Positions 1-13,729 of a stretch of 64,000 nt of DNA are shown here, one piece after another. Below the pieces are notes generated by a model. It was not told the DNA's origin. It ran no database searches and was given only the letters and a program-made list of their open reading frames with translations. Numbering within the stretch: the stretch's first letter is position 1; each line of letters begins with the position of its first letter. Source of the DNA: Callorhinchus milii. Taxonomy: Eukaryota. The translations under genes and the position numbers were made by a program. The DNA lies in assembly GCF_018977255.1 (NCBI RefSeq), contig NW_024704743.1, positions 97,280,001 to 97,344,000 of the forward strand. Direction: 5' to 3'.

Positions 1-47
1 CAGCTTTTTAATACGAAGGATCAGATCAGTTTCTTCTTAAAATTGTA

Positions 48-355
48 GGAGTCCTGTAGGTCAGTGGTTGGAGCACTCACCTCGCAAGTGGGTTTGATTC
101 CCAGCAGAGCGAAACAGGGGGAAAAGTTTCTTTACTCCACACACCTGATAATAATCCCTCAAGAAAAAAAGCACAGTAATAATTTGGTCACTCAATCCAC
201 GACTGTTTGTGGGACACTGCTATGGGCAATTGGCTGCCGAATTTCACCTGCAAAATATACGGTCAATTCACTTTACAGTGTATTCTATGAAGCACTTTGA
301 GACATCTAGAAGATGTGAAAAGCGCTATATCAAATGCAAGGATTATTATTATTAT
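48..355 (+). mobile_element. Young tRNA-derived SINE, short form, L2-type tail
   Basis: GGAGTCCTGTAG head with A/B-box-like motifs; ends in GTGAAAAGCGCTATATCAAATGCAAGG(ATT)n; many homologous copies in the window. Confidence 0.9.
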
Positions 356-739
356 AAAATGCTTAATACTAAATGAACCTGTCTGGTCACTTGGTCTAAA
401 GATATCACTGGTATGGGTAAGCCATCGAGTAATCGGAGAGCACCATCAGTCTTTGAGAAACACTGGAGCAAAGTAACTAAGAAGGGAGTTCATGAAAAGG
501 GGCACATGACGGGGGTGGGGGGGGGGAGGGCTAGAGATACAGAATAAAATCTGTTGTTTTCATGATGTGTTTCAATGGTTCAGCTGACACGGCTGTTTCT
601 GTTTCACATACACAATGCTCGAATATTATTGTTGCCATTACATCATCAAATTGCATCGGCACATTGCCACAGGCAGAGCTCTTTCTGCCAGTTTATCAGC
701 CCGTGCTTTAGCACTGAGAAGCAAATGATGTCAAGGTAA

Positions 740-775
740 TCCTGGCTGAAAAGGCAGTCCTGGCTGAAAAGGCAG
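740..775 (+). repeat. 18-bp perfect tandem duplication (TCCTGGCTGAAAAGGCAG)x2
   Basis: Read directly; degenerate further units follow to about 801. Confidence 0.9.
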
Positions 776-3094
776 TTCTGGCAAAGAATCCTGCTGAAGA
801 GGAAGCGTTATGGGAGTCACATGTATGAGTTCAAGGGCAGAAATGAAGCTGATGCAATAGCACTGGAGCAATAAATCCTAAATGACTAAACAAGTACTGA
901 ACCAAACACACCACTTCATTTGCTGATTGTCCTTTGCGGTTATGTCTCATGTAAATACAGTGCAAAGGTTAAAGATTGGTCAAACTCCTGGTTACTCCCA
1001 ATAATTCTTGGGCGTACATTGCCATTTCTTCATTGTCACTGAGACAAGTTGCTACAATTCCCTACTTAACACCTAACCATCCCTGGTTGCTCTGAGAAGG
1101 TGGAGGTGCCGCCTTCTGTTTAAATTGTCGCAGTCTTTGTGGTGATATTCTCCCACAGTGGTATTAGGTGTTAGGTGAGAAATAAACAGGGGCTAAATTG
1201 CAATACTCATAATAATCAAGTAACGTGTACAACTGTGTATTTGTAGATAAATGCCTTTATTTCTTAATAAAGAATCCAAATCTCACAAATGAGCATTCTC
1301 CTGGCAACCAGAAATATGTCACACAATCTATTTCTGATATGGAATCAAAGGGAATTCTTATGGGATTCCTTATTAAGAATTAAGAAGTTAAGCAATTTAG
1401 AGCCCATTTTTTTTTTGGACTTCAATCCAATTTTGACAGGCACAGATATCCAAGAATGTGCATTGATGCTCCATGTTTTAGGAGGAACTCAAAGTGAGTC
1501 ACTTGGACATGTGTGTGAAGCAATGTAGTTAAATGCCACATCAATTGCCAATATTGGCACAATGCCTGAGCAATACAATAACACCACTGAAATGCTTTGT
1601 TCTTTCAGTGCTGCGTGGTGGTGTCTTCCATATGTTCTCTCAAAAGTCAGCAACTTGAATGTTTGCACTGAGAGATTAGAATGTAGGACTGAGCCACACT
1701 CATTCCAGTGGTTACAGTGTTATTGCATACCCTGCTTGTTACAGGGCCACAGTCTGCAATTCTCACATTATTGAATTAAAGGGAGGTACGGTAAGTGCAG
1801 GGATCCGAGCGGGAGGAAGCCAGTGGTACCGTGGTCAGAGGTCAGAATGGTTGAGGAGAAACCAGAAGTGGCATAATCAGACATTGTTGAGTATCAGGAA
1901 AAATCTCTGGTCCACTCAGAGGAAGCGAGCGCTGTCATGATCTGAGCTTGGCATAAAACAGTGGCCAATCGTGATAAAGCGGTTTTTCAATGAAACCCTT
2001 ACTCCTTCCACCCTATTCAAGCTCCCCTGCGTGAAGGGCGCTATATAAATGCAAGTTGTTGTTGTTGTTTACTGGATGTCCTGTGAAGCGCTTCCTCTTG
2101 ATGTTAAAGATGCTTATCAAATGTAAGGATTATATTATTATTATAATATTATAAGTGACACAATAGCATCAGAGGCAATAACGCTTTCCGATCACAAGTA
2201 TAAAATATCGGTTGTAGGACCAGAAATAAATAGCAGGAACTAAGCTGTTTAATATTCTGATGCATCCCCCGAGATCCACAATAGCACGTGTGCTGACATT
2301 GGGCTCACATAGTGTATGCAATACAATGCAAGAGAAACATATTTCTATTTTTCCATTTATTCAATGCAAGGGACCTTACTTGAATGGAGAAACAACAAGT
2401 TTCAGAACATCAGTGCGGAAAATAAATTCATTGCACTGGCAACTAACTGAACAAAGACTGCCAGTCCAATGAAAGTAATCGAAGGATGTTTTTGTCCTGT
2501 TGTTAAATTGTCATGCAAAAGTATTTGCCATGCAAGAACATTTAAAAGGAGCTAGTAATTCAATGGAATGTGTTGAAGATGCAACGATATCATTGCTTGT
2601 GCATACAACTGTGCCTAAAATGATAAAGAAGCTTTGCAAAAGGATAACTTTTTTTAAAAAAGACAAACTGCCAATTGTTGCAGAATTTTTTTCAGCAACG
2701 AACTTGTGCAGTTTTGGTTGCAGCTTGTACCTTGCAGTGAAACTCCTCAGATCACATTACGATGTCCCTTTAAGTGCTTATTGGGGAGAAAAACCTGCAG
2801 TCTCTAAAACTGCTTTTGTTCTGCATGAAAAACCTAACCGGAGACCTTTGACTTCTGAAAAATCCAGTAATGCTGTAAGTCAATTATGTCTTTTGTCCCT
2901 GCAGATTATGATATGGTATTCAGGTAAAACCTGCCTGAATCAAAGTGAAACTGATGGCAATAAGAAAAAAGAAAAAATCAGCATTCAGTACAGAAGCTGC
3001 TCTGACCAGGTGGCGCCACTAATGGCCCATCACGCTCCACCACCCCCCATCCCCTGTCCTGTCCCTCCCACCAGTTGCAAAACCTGACTCCGCC

Positions 3095-3640
3095 ACTGGC
3101 TGGTACTCTCTAGTTTTGAAAAGAGACATCTCAGAGAGAACCTTAGAGATGTACAAATTTTAAATGAGATTGAAAGAGTAAACCCAGAACAATACTTTAA
3201 TATAATAATAATTCTTGCATTTGATATAGCACTTATCACATCTTCAGGATGTCTCAAAGCGCTTCAAAGAATATGCTGCACAGTGAATTAACTGTATATT
3301 TTGTGGGCAAAACATGGCAGCCAATTGTGCACAGAAGTGTCCCATAAACAGTCGTGGATTGAGTGACCAAATTTTTTTTATTATTATTTATTTATTTTGA
3401 AGGGATTATCACCCCTGGAATAGCAACCGGCCAGTCGACTTCCTACTTATTCCCAGGTGAACAGAGGTGTGTGGAGTTTCACCCTGCCGGGAATCGAATA
3501 CAGGTCCTCTCACTTGTGAGGCGAGTGCTCTAACCACACTTAGATGGAATAGGTTATCAGGAAGGGTGGTTGAGGCCAGGATACAGGACTCATTTAAAAA
3601 ACAGCTTGATGCTGTGTTGGGAAGATGGATGTTTTGATGA
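3095..3640 (+). mobile_element. Degenerate CR1 LINE 3' fragment interrupted by a SINE
   Basis: Remnants resembling CR1 ORF2 C-terminal motifs (EKRxLR...MYKIL...ERVNPEQYF, with frameshifts; WNRLSGRVVEA...SFKKQLD) flank the SINE at 3198-3537. Confidence 0.6.
3198..3537 (-). mobile_element. Young tRNA-derived SINE, long form
   Basis: Reverse complement of the family: (TAA)n TCTTGCATTTGATATAGC ... GGGAATCGAA ... GAGTGCTCTAACCAC. Confidence 0.88.
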
Positions 3641-3869
3641 GTTTAAATAAGCGAAGAAGCCTTCTTCAAAAACAATCTTGCGAACATGCCTGTTTCTGGT
3701 ATCTGTGGTGTATTCCTATCTCAGGGTATGATGAGTGAGTAAATTGATATATGCATTTAAGACTCAATACTTAGCCTTGAAGTTTGTTACGCACTCCTCG
3801 CCAGTCTCCCCATCTCCACTATTCAAAAGATCCAGCTCATTCAAAACCCTGCCGCCCATATACTTACCA

Positions 3870-4338
3870 AGACCAAACTCCATACCCATATCTCACCAGT
3901 TCTGGCCAGGCTCCACTGACTCCCCATCACTGAATAATTGACTTCAAGATCCTCACACTTGTGTTCAAATCCCTTCACTCCTTGGCACCTCCCTAGCTCT
4001 CCGACCTCCTCACTCCCCAGTCCACCACCAGGCATCTCCACTCAACTTGCACTGGCCTCCTGCTCATCCCTTGCATCCTTCCTCCCACCATCGGAGGTTG
4101 CGATTTCAGCCACTACTCCACAAAACTCTGGAACACTCTCCCTCAGTCCCTCTGCCTTGCCCCCTCTCTCCCCTTTCTCAAGTCCCACCTGAAAACCTTC
4201 CTCTTTGACCATGCTTATGGCCACCTCCTGCCCCTACACCCCCACCCGGCTCGGAGTCAGGCTCCGCCACTGTTAAGCGCACTGGGATGCTAACCTGCTT
4301 AGAAGGCGCTATATAAGTGCAAGTTGTTGTTGTTGTTA
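3870..4338 (+). mobile_element. L2 LINE 3' fragment (degenerate)
   Basis: CCAGGCTCCACTGACTCCCCATC (ARLHWLP remnant); ends GGCGCTATATAAGTGCAAG(TTG)n. Confidence 0.75.
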
Positions 4339-5339
4339 CATGGGCAAACCCGGTAGCTAATTTGTCCCATAAACAATGAGATGAGTAACCAATTGAGGGG
4401 AATATAAACCAGGTCAACCCACAGAAAGATGCCTCCACAATGCTTTAAAAACGCAAATGCAGGGTGGTCTACTTATATCATCCTAAATCACAAGGTAGAC
4501 AGAAATTATGCAAATATAATAACACAATCAAAAGAATGATATTGGCATCTGGAAATAAATACATGGAAAAAAATTGTATACAGCTAAAATACAGAATGTT
4601 ATGTTGGTGATGTCTTCATGATAAACTATGGTATGGTTTAGTCGACGTTACCTATATGGTGTCTGTGCACTGGTAAGTGGTCTTTCAATAGAAAAGTGTG
4701 AACCTCATACCTGTGTTCCGAGTAGTCAGTGACTTCTCGCGTCTTATTGAGATTAATAAAGAAGGTTAAAACAGCAAAGTGAATAAATTATTTGTCTAAG
4801 GCCTTCATTCACTCAGCGAATTAGAAAGCTTTGACGAACACAATGAGAACTGGGCACTGGTGAGCCAGGAGACAAGAACAGTAAGTAAACATATTATAGA
4901 AAGAGGTCAATCAAAATAGCACCAATGACTAATACAGTATGTGGTTAGAAAAAAGATACTCTCCCAGTATCTAACCCAGAGCCACCAAAGTTCATTCACA
5001 GTGAAATTATGAATTTAGCACTCTGTTACATAATAGTTTTTCTCCAGGCAGAGCAAGGCCAAATGATCAATAGAATTAGCATTGCAAAATATTTCAATTC
5101 TAGAGTTCATGCACTTCAAGGAACATTCAGACGGATGCTTTATCAGAGATCTACTCCACACACAAATCAATCTCATTCAACTATAAAATAAACAGTCACG
5201 ACACATTACAGTAAATACTGTGAAGTGCTGCTAGACATCCATATGAGGCGCTATAGCAAAGAGGTGGTAAGGATTGAAGGCTATATCAAATGCAAGGATT
5301 ATTATTACTCGTTGCCTTCTTTCATTTTTACAAATGGGT

Positions 5340-5606
5340 GGGAACCCGGTTGTTGGTCGATTGGCCGGAGTAATGATTCCTCCAAAAAATATAATAATAA
5401 CAATTTGGTCACTCAATCTACAGGTGTTTGTGGAACACTGCTGTGCGCAATTGGCTGCCATGTTTCACCCACAAAATACAGTCAATCCACTTTACAGCAT
5501 ATTCTGTGAAGCACTTTGAGATGTCTACATATATAAATATATATAGTAGTAAGGCGTTATATAAAATGCAAGGATTATTTTTATTATGATTATTATTATT
5601 ATTATA
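5340..5606 (+). mobile_element. 5'-truncated young SINE
   Basis: GGAACCCGGTTGTTGGTCGATTGG...TTGGTCACTCAATC...(ATT)n, matching other copies. Confidence 0.8.
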
Positions 5607-6459
5607 ACTGAATGAAACACTGAGAAGCCTGGTCACCGGACAAGAATGCACTTGCACATTGTAGGTTTGTGTTTCTACTTGAGATGGTTCTGAATGCTTA
5701 AGGTGTTTAGTCCAAAAGGTAATAGATCAATGTCTCAATTATGCTGAGATCTTGCAAAGGGAGGGTGGGGATCCACCAGTTGTGCAACCCTTAAGGTGCA
5801 AACATTCTATTAGCATGAAGTAGTGACTGATCATGTGCACTACCATTCAGAGAGTGCACCTCTGTGCATCTTGTAAATGTCACTACATCTAATGGTGTGA
5901 GAGTAAGTGTAGTGACTGATCTGTGGACAAATTCAATACCTAATCTGCCCCAACAACAGCAATGGGATGAATGACCAATATTGCTTTTTGGTGAATTTGA
6001 ATTAGAGAAGTACCATAGCCAGAAACCAGGAGGACAGACTCTTATTAAAAAAGAAATACTCTTATGCCATTGAATCTTGAACATCCACCTGAACAGGCAG
6101 ACACGACCTCAGTTTAAGATCTCCAATACTTCCAATAATGTAAAACTTTCCTAGTACTCGCAAGGGAGTGTCAGGCTACATTGGATACTCAAACCCACAA
6201 CCTTCTGACCCAGGGGTGAGAGCGCTACCAACTGAGACAAATTGACACAACATTCACATAGTGGCTTATTCTGGAGTCAATTTAATCTGAGGTAAGCAAT
6301 AAAACCAAGGTGTAAAACAGCTCAACACAGAACAGGACAGATTATCTATAAATCATTACAACAGGCTGTTCTGGTTTATGATCCTACAAAAATGTTGTGA
6401 AGAGGTGTGGCAATAAATATATCTCCCTGAATCAACAATACAATCTGTACAAGTCTATC

Positions 6460-6770
6460 ATAACAACAACAACAAACAACAACAAAATTACATTTGTAGA
6501 GCGCCTTTCACGTCGGGAGGATGTCCCAAAGCACTGGACAGTCAAGGGTCAGGACCCGAGTATGAGGGAGGGGTGGGGTAGGGGTAAGGGAAGGCAGAGA
6601 GGTGGGAGGGCGACCGAAGGTACAATTGAAAAGAAGGGTCCTTGAGACCGGCCTTAGGCAAGGGAGGAAGTGAGGCGAAGGGACTGTGGGATGGAGTTCC
6701 AGAGCGTGGGGGCAGAGAGGCTGAAAGATGATAGGGTAGGTCAGGCGGGAGACATGGAGCAGTCCGGAAC
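6460..6770 (-). mobile_element. L2 LINE 3' fragment
   Basis: (CAA)n followed by GCGCCTTTCACGTCGGGAGGATGTCCC; GGATGGAGTTCCAGAG (LWNSI) remnant. Confidence 0.75.
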
Positions 6771-8669
6771 CATTAGTACATTATCATACGTTAGTTCTGG
6801 ACATGCTCACTCACTGTGTCAAAGGCTAATGTTATATCAGTGATATCTGTTTAACATATTGTTAAAATGGGACTGGAGGCTGGAAGAATAAATTATGTGT
6901 GAACAAGAATATTCATTTTTGTTCCTGTAATGGATTTGTATTCCAGTCCTGGGAGTGCTGCATTGTCAAATTAAGGTCCCATCTGCTTGTTTTCAGATGC
7001 CCTTGTTTGAAAGATCCCTATTCTTAAAGAGAAGGGAAGTTCTTATCCCAACAATTCTGCAGGTTAATTGGTAATTCACTCGTGGTCATTAATAAAACCT
7101 TGCTGTGTGTATAAATGGCCACTGTTTTTCTGCAGAAAAGTCACGATTCTTGACAGTAATTATTATAAAGTGTTTTGTGCCTTGATAACACAATATAAAA
7201 ATGATTACCTGTGAAGTGATTTGAGGTATTTGTGGCCGCAAAATTATTTCCTTCTTCCTTGATAGATAAATTGATCCATTGCAAATTTCTGTAGTTAACC
7301 GTAAAAAAATTCCCCTCACTCATCTGATAAAGGAATCTGCATGATGCTCGAAGTTGAGGGGAATGGGCCAACTGAGGCATAGAGGCCTAGGGTAGATGAG
7401 GAGGGAGAAGATTGTAAGGGAAGATTGTAAGTGAAGAAGGTAGGCTGCAAGTAAGTGGGACAGAAGCAGCAATTAGAGCAGGAATCTCAGGTTGCAAATG
7501 CTGTGTTTAGCCCCCTTTAATACATCAGTAGTAGAGAGAAAGATACATGGTGTACAATGACCCACGACTGTGCACAATGACTACTGTGCTTACGATTTTC
7601 TGGGAATATACAGGCCTGGGAGAGACTATTCTTGGATCAACTCCAGTTTGAGATTCTAAAAGACGTAATGCTTCTTAGAAATTGCTGTAAATGTCAACTC
7701 GTGTAATGTAGCCAGAGAGAAAATATACTGTACTTTCATTCTGTGCAAATAATCAGCATATAACAGGCCCATCGTCACTAGCCCTTTCAGGTGAGTGTTA
7801 AAGATCCCATGACACTACTCGATAAGAGAAAAGACTTGTTCCCGGTGTCCTGACCAACAATGGTCCAGATAAAACTGGTCATTCACTTCATGGCTGTTGA
7901 CAGATGCTTTTGTCTACAAATAATAATCTTTACATTTGATAAAATGCCTTATCACATCATCAAAACCTCTCAAAGCACTTCACAGGATATACTGTAAAGT
8001 GGACTATGCATTTTGTGGGTGAAACGCAGCTGCTGGTTTTGCACACAGCAATGTCCCACGAACAGCATGTTTGGACATACTTGCAAAAGAAAATGCACAG
8101 GACAATTAGGGGAAAGTGTGGAAAATAACTTCACCAACATCGATTGGTACTAATAACTAAACTGTTCATAGCATTGTGGATGCAAAATAATAATATTATA
8201 GGCTCTATATTAAATTCAGGGATTATTTTATTATATTATGTCCAGTCTGTGCAGCCTGTAATGTGTTAGAATCCTGATGTCAATATTGAGGATGGGTTCT
8301 GGCTGCTTTCCAGAATCCTATCAAGCATAACAAAAACAAATGAAGTCCACAAGGAATCTTACAAGCTCAGTAGCTTAAAACTGCTGCCAACTACAGCGAC
8401 TATAGCTACTGTATAATAAAACAATCCTCGTCTTTGATATGGTGGCTTTCATGTTGGAAGGCTGGAAGTCTCAAAACACTACACAAGAATTTACTCCAAA
8501 GTGTAGTGACTGGATATTTCGTAGGTAAACACGGCAGCCAATTTGCACATAGCAATGTCGCACAAACAGCCATGAAATGAATGACCAATTTTAATTGGGG
8601 GATTGTTGGCAAAGGCACTGGTGGTCCCTTCGCTTTTTGAATAGTGCCAGTGGATAGGTTAGCCCCACA

Positions 8670-9024
8670 CTGAGACTTGGAACTCATATGGTCTAAGATG
8701 TCACTTCAGTGCAACACTGGGGGTGTGTTTCATTGTTGGAGATGCTGTGGATGAGACATTGAACTGAGGCTCCATCTGCCTGTTCAGACGAATGTTAAAG
8801 AACTCATAACACTATTTGAAAAGAGAAAGGATTTTCTTCTGATGTCCCAGCCAACAATCTCCCAGTTAGAATTGACCATTCTCTTTATGACGGGTGTGGG
8901 ATATTGGTGCCCCATCCACCTATAAATTCACAGTGAGTATGCTTTACAGCATATTCTGTGAAGCGCTTTGAAGCATCCTTCTGACATGAAAGGCACCATA
9001 TCAAATGTAAGGATGATTATTATC
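8670..9024 (+). mobile_element. Old Deu-domain SINE (SacSINE1/AmnSINE1-like)
   Basis: GATGAGACATTGAACTGAGG...TGTTAAAGAAC...TGTCCCAGCCAAC matches the Deu-domain pattern; L2-type tail. Confidence 0.7.
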
Positions 9025-9509
9025 ACAACCATCTGTGTCTATCAATGTACTGTATTATTGTACAAACTGCATGGAAAAAACAAACAACCTTTGTAGTTTG
9101 TATTTGCAACCTTAAGCAATCTTATTTACAAATTGAACATCTATCAAGTGCATTAATCTCCTGGTGTGTGATTATAAGGACATCATGAGTTACAATTTCA
9201 GTTCATTCTACAGCTGTACAGGTGAGACTGTGTTAACGTGGCTTTAACCCATTCCTACTCAACTATAACTTAGCATACCTGATCAAAAATACATTTACTT
9301 TTTCTTATTCAAGAACGCAACTCAAACACTCTTGGCATGCTTAGTGTTCAGAATGATCATAAAAAAGGTGAATAGGTCCACAGAGGGCAAGTCGTAGGGG
9401 AGCGTAAAATAAAAGGCACGAGTCATCATGTGTTCCACACTCCAGGCTGCATGGGATCCTTCCTACTAGACGCAAACTGACTAACAAACTGTCCAGCCAA
9501 AGAATACAT

Positions 9510-10175
9510 TAGAATATACAGCACAGAAACAGGCCAATTCGGCCCAACTGGTCTATGCCGTGTTTATGCTCCATATGAGCCTCCTCCTGCTCTTCCTCAA
9601 CTAAGCCTTCAAGCATAACCTTCTATTCCTTTCTCCCTCATGTACCTATCTAGCTTTCCCTTAAATACATCAATAATAATTGGAGTCCTGTGGCTCAGTG
9701 GTCAGAGCACTCGCTTTGCAAGTGAGAGACCTGAGTTCAATTCCAGGCAGAGGGCGAAACCTTGGGCAAGTTTCCTTACTCCACACGCCTAATAATAATC
9801 CCTCCAAAAACAATAATTAAATTGGTCATTTTCAATCTAAGACTGTTTGTGGGACATTGCTGTGCGCAATTGGCTGCCGCGTTCGCCCACAAATATACAG
9901 TCAATTCACTTTACAGTGTGTTCCGTGAAGCGCTTTGGGACGTCCTCCCGACGTGAAAAGCGCTATATCAAATGCAAGGATTATTATTATTATCAATGCT
10001 ATTTGCCTCAACAGCTCCTTGTGGTAGCATGTTCCACATTCCCACTACTCTCTGTGTGAAGAAATTTCTTCTAACTTCCCTATTTGATCTATTTGTGACT
10101 ATTTTTTATTGATGACCCCTGGTTTTGGTCTCCCCCACAAGTGGAAAGATCTTCCCTATGTTTACCCTATCAAAC
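9510..10175 (-). mobile_element. CR1 LINE 3' end, interrupted by a SINE
   Basis: Reverse strand carries KFLHTESSGNVE/GETKTRGH-type motifs and the CR1 tail (GAATTGGCCTGTTTCTGTGCTGTATATTCTA). Confidence 0.75.
9682..9993 (+). mobile_element. Young tRNA-derived SINE, short form, full length
   Basis: A box TGGCTCAGTGG, B box GAGTTCAATTCC, tail stem-loop and (ATT)n; probable target-site duplication (TSD) ATCAAT. Confidence 0.93.
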
Positions 10176-10739
10176 TGTGAGCTAGCTAGGCAACTAGCCT
10201 GAAGCCCCAAATTCCTACTCAGTGTGCAAAACGCCTTGAGATGTCCTGCTGACGTGAAAGGCGCTATATAAATCTATATTGCATTGTAAAACTATTACAT
10301 GTAGAGTTCATAAAGATTCAGTTTTCATTTGAAATCGGGTTTTCCCCAGTTTTTAAAATGTACCAATTTCCAAAATATTAAGATCAAATTGAAGAATTTT
10401 CCACAATTCTGCACATTGTTAAATTTGAAGACAATATGGCCTTGTAGACTAAGACTAGGTGGAATTAAGGACTTCTGATGTGCATCTTGCAGGAATTTTG
10501 GCCTATCTGTTAATATACGATCCTCTCCACAATATATAGGCAATTGGTGGCATAGATCCTCAGACTTTTTACGTAATTTACAACCCTAGTTAAATAGGAA
10601 CACAGAAATGTACAACAGGAAAAAAAAAGTCAGTATTCCTACTCCAGCAAATCAATATGCAGCACACACTATTGGAGGTATGCATGTCCAGTAAACATTG
10701 GATCAGCTGTCACTGTGAACACTCACACTATGGGTGTCA

Positions 10740-11060
10740 TCCTGCTCAGCAGGTTGCATTCTCACCTCTGGGTGAGAAGCTTGTTGGTTCAAGCCCTGAA
10801 CCAGGTCTAGACCTGAGTTCACAATCCAAGCTGGTGCTCCATTGCAGCACTTATGGAGATTCCATCCATTGAATGAGACATTAAAACAATTCCCCAATTG
10901 CCTGTTCTTCAGGTGGATGCTGAAGACTCACGACTCAGTTTGAAAAAGGGGATTCTCCCAGTATCCTGGCCAACAATTCTCAGTTTAATTAGTCACTCAT
11001 CTCATACCTTTTCTGGGATCTTGCTGTGCACAAAATGCCTACTGTTCTTGCCTACTGTCA
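10740..11060 (+). mobile_element. Old Deu-domain SINE
   Basis: Head CTCACCTCTGGGTGAGAAG..GGTTCAAGCCC; ATGAGACATTAAAAC...CAGGTGGATG...TCCTGGCCAAC. Confidence 0.7.
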
Positions 11061-11834
11061 CAATACGAGACAGCAATTTCTATGAAAGTGGTTGTAGCAC
11101 AGAAGCTGTGGTCAATGCGTGTGTCTTGTTCAGGGGCCCACCAATCACCAGAGAAAGTAAATGTTTCTTCTGCCTGTCAGTACAAGTTTCACCTCCCTTT
11201 CTGTCCTGTGCATTCTCATTCATTACCGCTCTTATAAAATAAATGAACAAAATCCCCTTCAGCCTTGGTAAGGCAATGAATCTGGAATTGTTTTGACAGA
11301 CACCTCTGGCGATATTTATATAAGGTGCAATAATAATCCTTGCATTTGATACTGATGTATACATGGCATCTTTTGAAAACCACAAACAAATGTTCAGCAA
11401 TGAATCTTTAATCATTTCCAATAGGGTGCCCTACCCAAATTAATCATTCAGTATCCGGGAGTGTCAGCTGTAAACAATAAACGCATAACATCTTTCAGTT
11501 TTTTAAAATAATGCTTTGCAACTTTACATCTCATTTTACCCAATACACCCCTCCTCCTTAGCACAGAGATTAGAAGGCTGTATGTAACCTCTTCTATGGA
11601 GTCAGATCCCACCGTTGCTCTGGGATTCTGCCAAAGGAGATATGGCATCCCTGGGGTGAGGTAACCAAAGTCCCATTTTCCATGGTACGCTTTGCCAACC
11701 GAGCAGCGTGAAACCTGATGAATCCTTTCACACGGTGCAGTGCTGTTCTCAGCTGCAGCCTCATACATAGACTAAAAACGTAAGCTTTGAAGGTGTAGAA
11801 CCTGCTTCCACACCACTACATTACAGAACTCTCT

Positions 11835-12090
11835 TTTACATCAGAGTTGAGCCAAATCATGTTCCCATGAGATGTCCACACACACACACCTTCCACCAGA
11901 AGTCACAGGCGACAATCAGAAGTGAGAGCCCTTGCTTACTTTTTCTTCCCTGAAGTGACGCTGAGGCTAAATGAAATGCACCAATTCTTGCCCAGCCTGA
12001 TATCTCCTACTTCAGGGAACAAACCAGGGAACAAACCTACAACCTCCTAGTCTGCCCAGACACTGCCTTTAGACTAGGCCATCAGAGGTT
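11835..12090 (-). mobile_element. AmnSINE2-like ancient SINE relic
   Basis: CATCAGAGTTGAGCCAAATCATG..GATGTCCACACACACAC..CCAGAAGTCAC..ATCAGAAGTGAGAGCCCTTGCT resembles the reverse complement of the AmnSINE2 core as I recall it; homologous to 59740-59958. Confidence 0.55.
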
Positions 12091-12499
12091 CTGAGTTGGG
12101 TTTGAGGAAACAATGCTTGGGTACTAAATTAGCATTAGCTATTAGCATTTACTTCCTATAGGTAGAAGAGTTGACAACCACAGTACAATAACTACACTAT
12201 CTTCAACCAATCCTTCTCCAATTTGGCCTGGAATACAATCTTACCATGATCCTGATTCCAGACTGTTTCAATGGCATATTCCAATTGGTGGATAAAAGAC
12301 ACATTTGTTGGGGAAGGGGAAAGATGCACAATGTTTATTTTAATTTCCTTTGCCACCGCGCCCACTACATCGAACCCCCCAACCCCACCACCCCACCCCA
12401 GATTGGTGGAATTGGCCAAGAAATGTCAAAAACTTTCTCAGTTGTCATAGGCAGATTAATATAACCAGTATTCCTGGTAATACTCTAAGATACTCTGAA

Positions 12500-13022
12500 C
12501 ACAGTATTAGGCTGAGGGGAGGGGATGGGGGGTGGCCGATGGCATGGTCGAAGAGGAGGGTCTTGAGGCGTGACTTGAAGGAGGATAAGGAGGGGGCAAT
12601 GCGGAGTGACTGGGGGATGGAATTCCAGAGATTGGGGGCATAGTGGCTGAAGGCTCTCCTGCCAATGGTGGGGTGGGTGGGTCGGGGGACGTGGAGCAGG
12701 CCAGAGCCGGCTGTGCGGAGGGAGCGGGTGGGTTGGTAGGGGTTTAGGAGGTCGCACAGCTAGGGTGGGGCGAAGCCATGGAGAGCCTTGTATGTGAGGA
12801 CCAGGATCTTGAACTGGATCCTCTGAAGGATAGGGAGCCAGTGGAGTCGGGTGAGAATGGAGGAGATGGGGTCACGGAGTTTGGTGCGGGAGAGGACTCA
12901 GGCTACAGAGTTCTGGATTATCTGCAGCCTGTGGAGGGAGGAGTTGGGAAGGCCGATAAGCAGGGTGTTTGCATAGTCGAGCTTGGAGATGATGAAGGCA
13001 TGAACAAGAGTTTCAGCGGCCT
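12500..13022 (-). mobile_element. L2 LINE ORF2 3' fragment
   Basis: Reverse strand encodes HAFIISKLDYANTLL...IIQNSVA...HWLPILQRIQFKIL. Confidence 0.85.
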
Positions 13023-13729
13023 GAAACACAGAACTCTCCTCTGAGCTAGAGTATTAGCCTAGATTATATGCTGAAATCCTGGAGGGAGGTTTTGATCCCA
13101 CAATCCTTAGATCAAGTGGCAGCAAGAGTGCTACCATCTGAGCCAGACTGATATGTAAATATTGACCATTTAGAATGTCTACAAATCCAAAATAATGCCA
13201 TTGAATTTTCCCAGCCACATATTGGCCTCAATGCAGCATTTGGAATCCACATGAAAGAAAAACATACAGTATTAAATCCCATGAGTCCCAGGGATTTTGC
13301 TTATGTTGCGCTTTAGAGCACTTCCCTGATTCAGCTCCAGTTCCATGTTCCCCGCCTCAGTGACAAGAAGCTGAATAAACACTGATAGAGTACAAGGCTT
13401 TTCGTTCAGTTTTCAATTTGCCCCAGAAAGTACTTCTTCAAAAGCTGAGGCAAAGACTTTTTAAAATGAATCCATAAAATATAAATACTGCTTAGGCTGA
13501 AGGCAAACTTTTAGGTATTATGTTTAGTGAGGTCTCACGGGCCTCATCCAACATCCATCTCTGTCTGAGTAATAATTGAGAATAACAGCCAAATCTGATA
13601 TACACACCAGGGAACAAGTATCCAAGCTACATATCTAGGAAGGTACACAACCTGGAACTTTGCATTGAAGTTTTCAAGATTCTTTGGACCATCTTAATCA
13701 AAGTAAGGTACTTTTACAGTGGGGTTGTA

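Noticed and set aside
2500..3087. 195-aa plus-strand ORF
   Set aside because: Non-ATG start, no recognisable homology, antisense within the intron; probably chance.
12192..12419. Minus-strand ORF containing HQLEYAIETVW
   Set aside because: Only vague LINE-like similarity; no supportable exon or family call.
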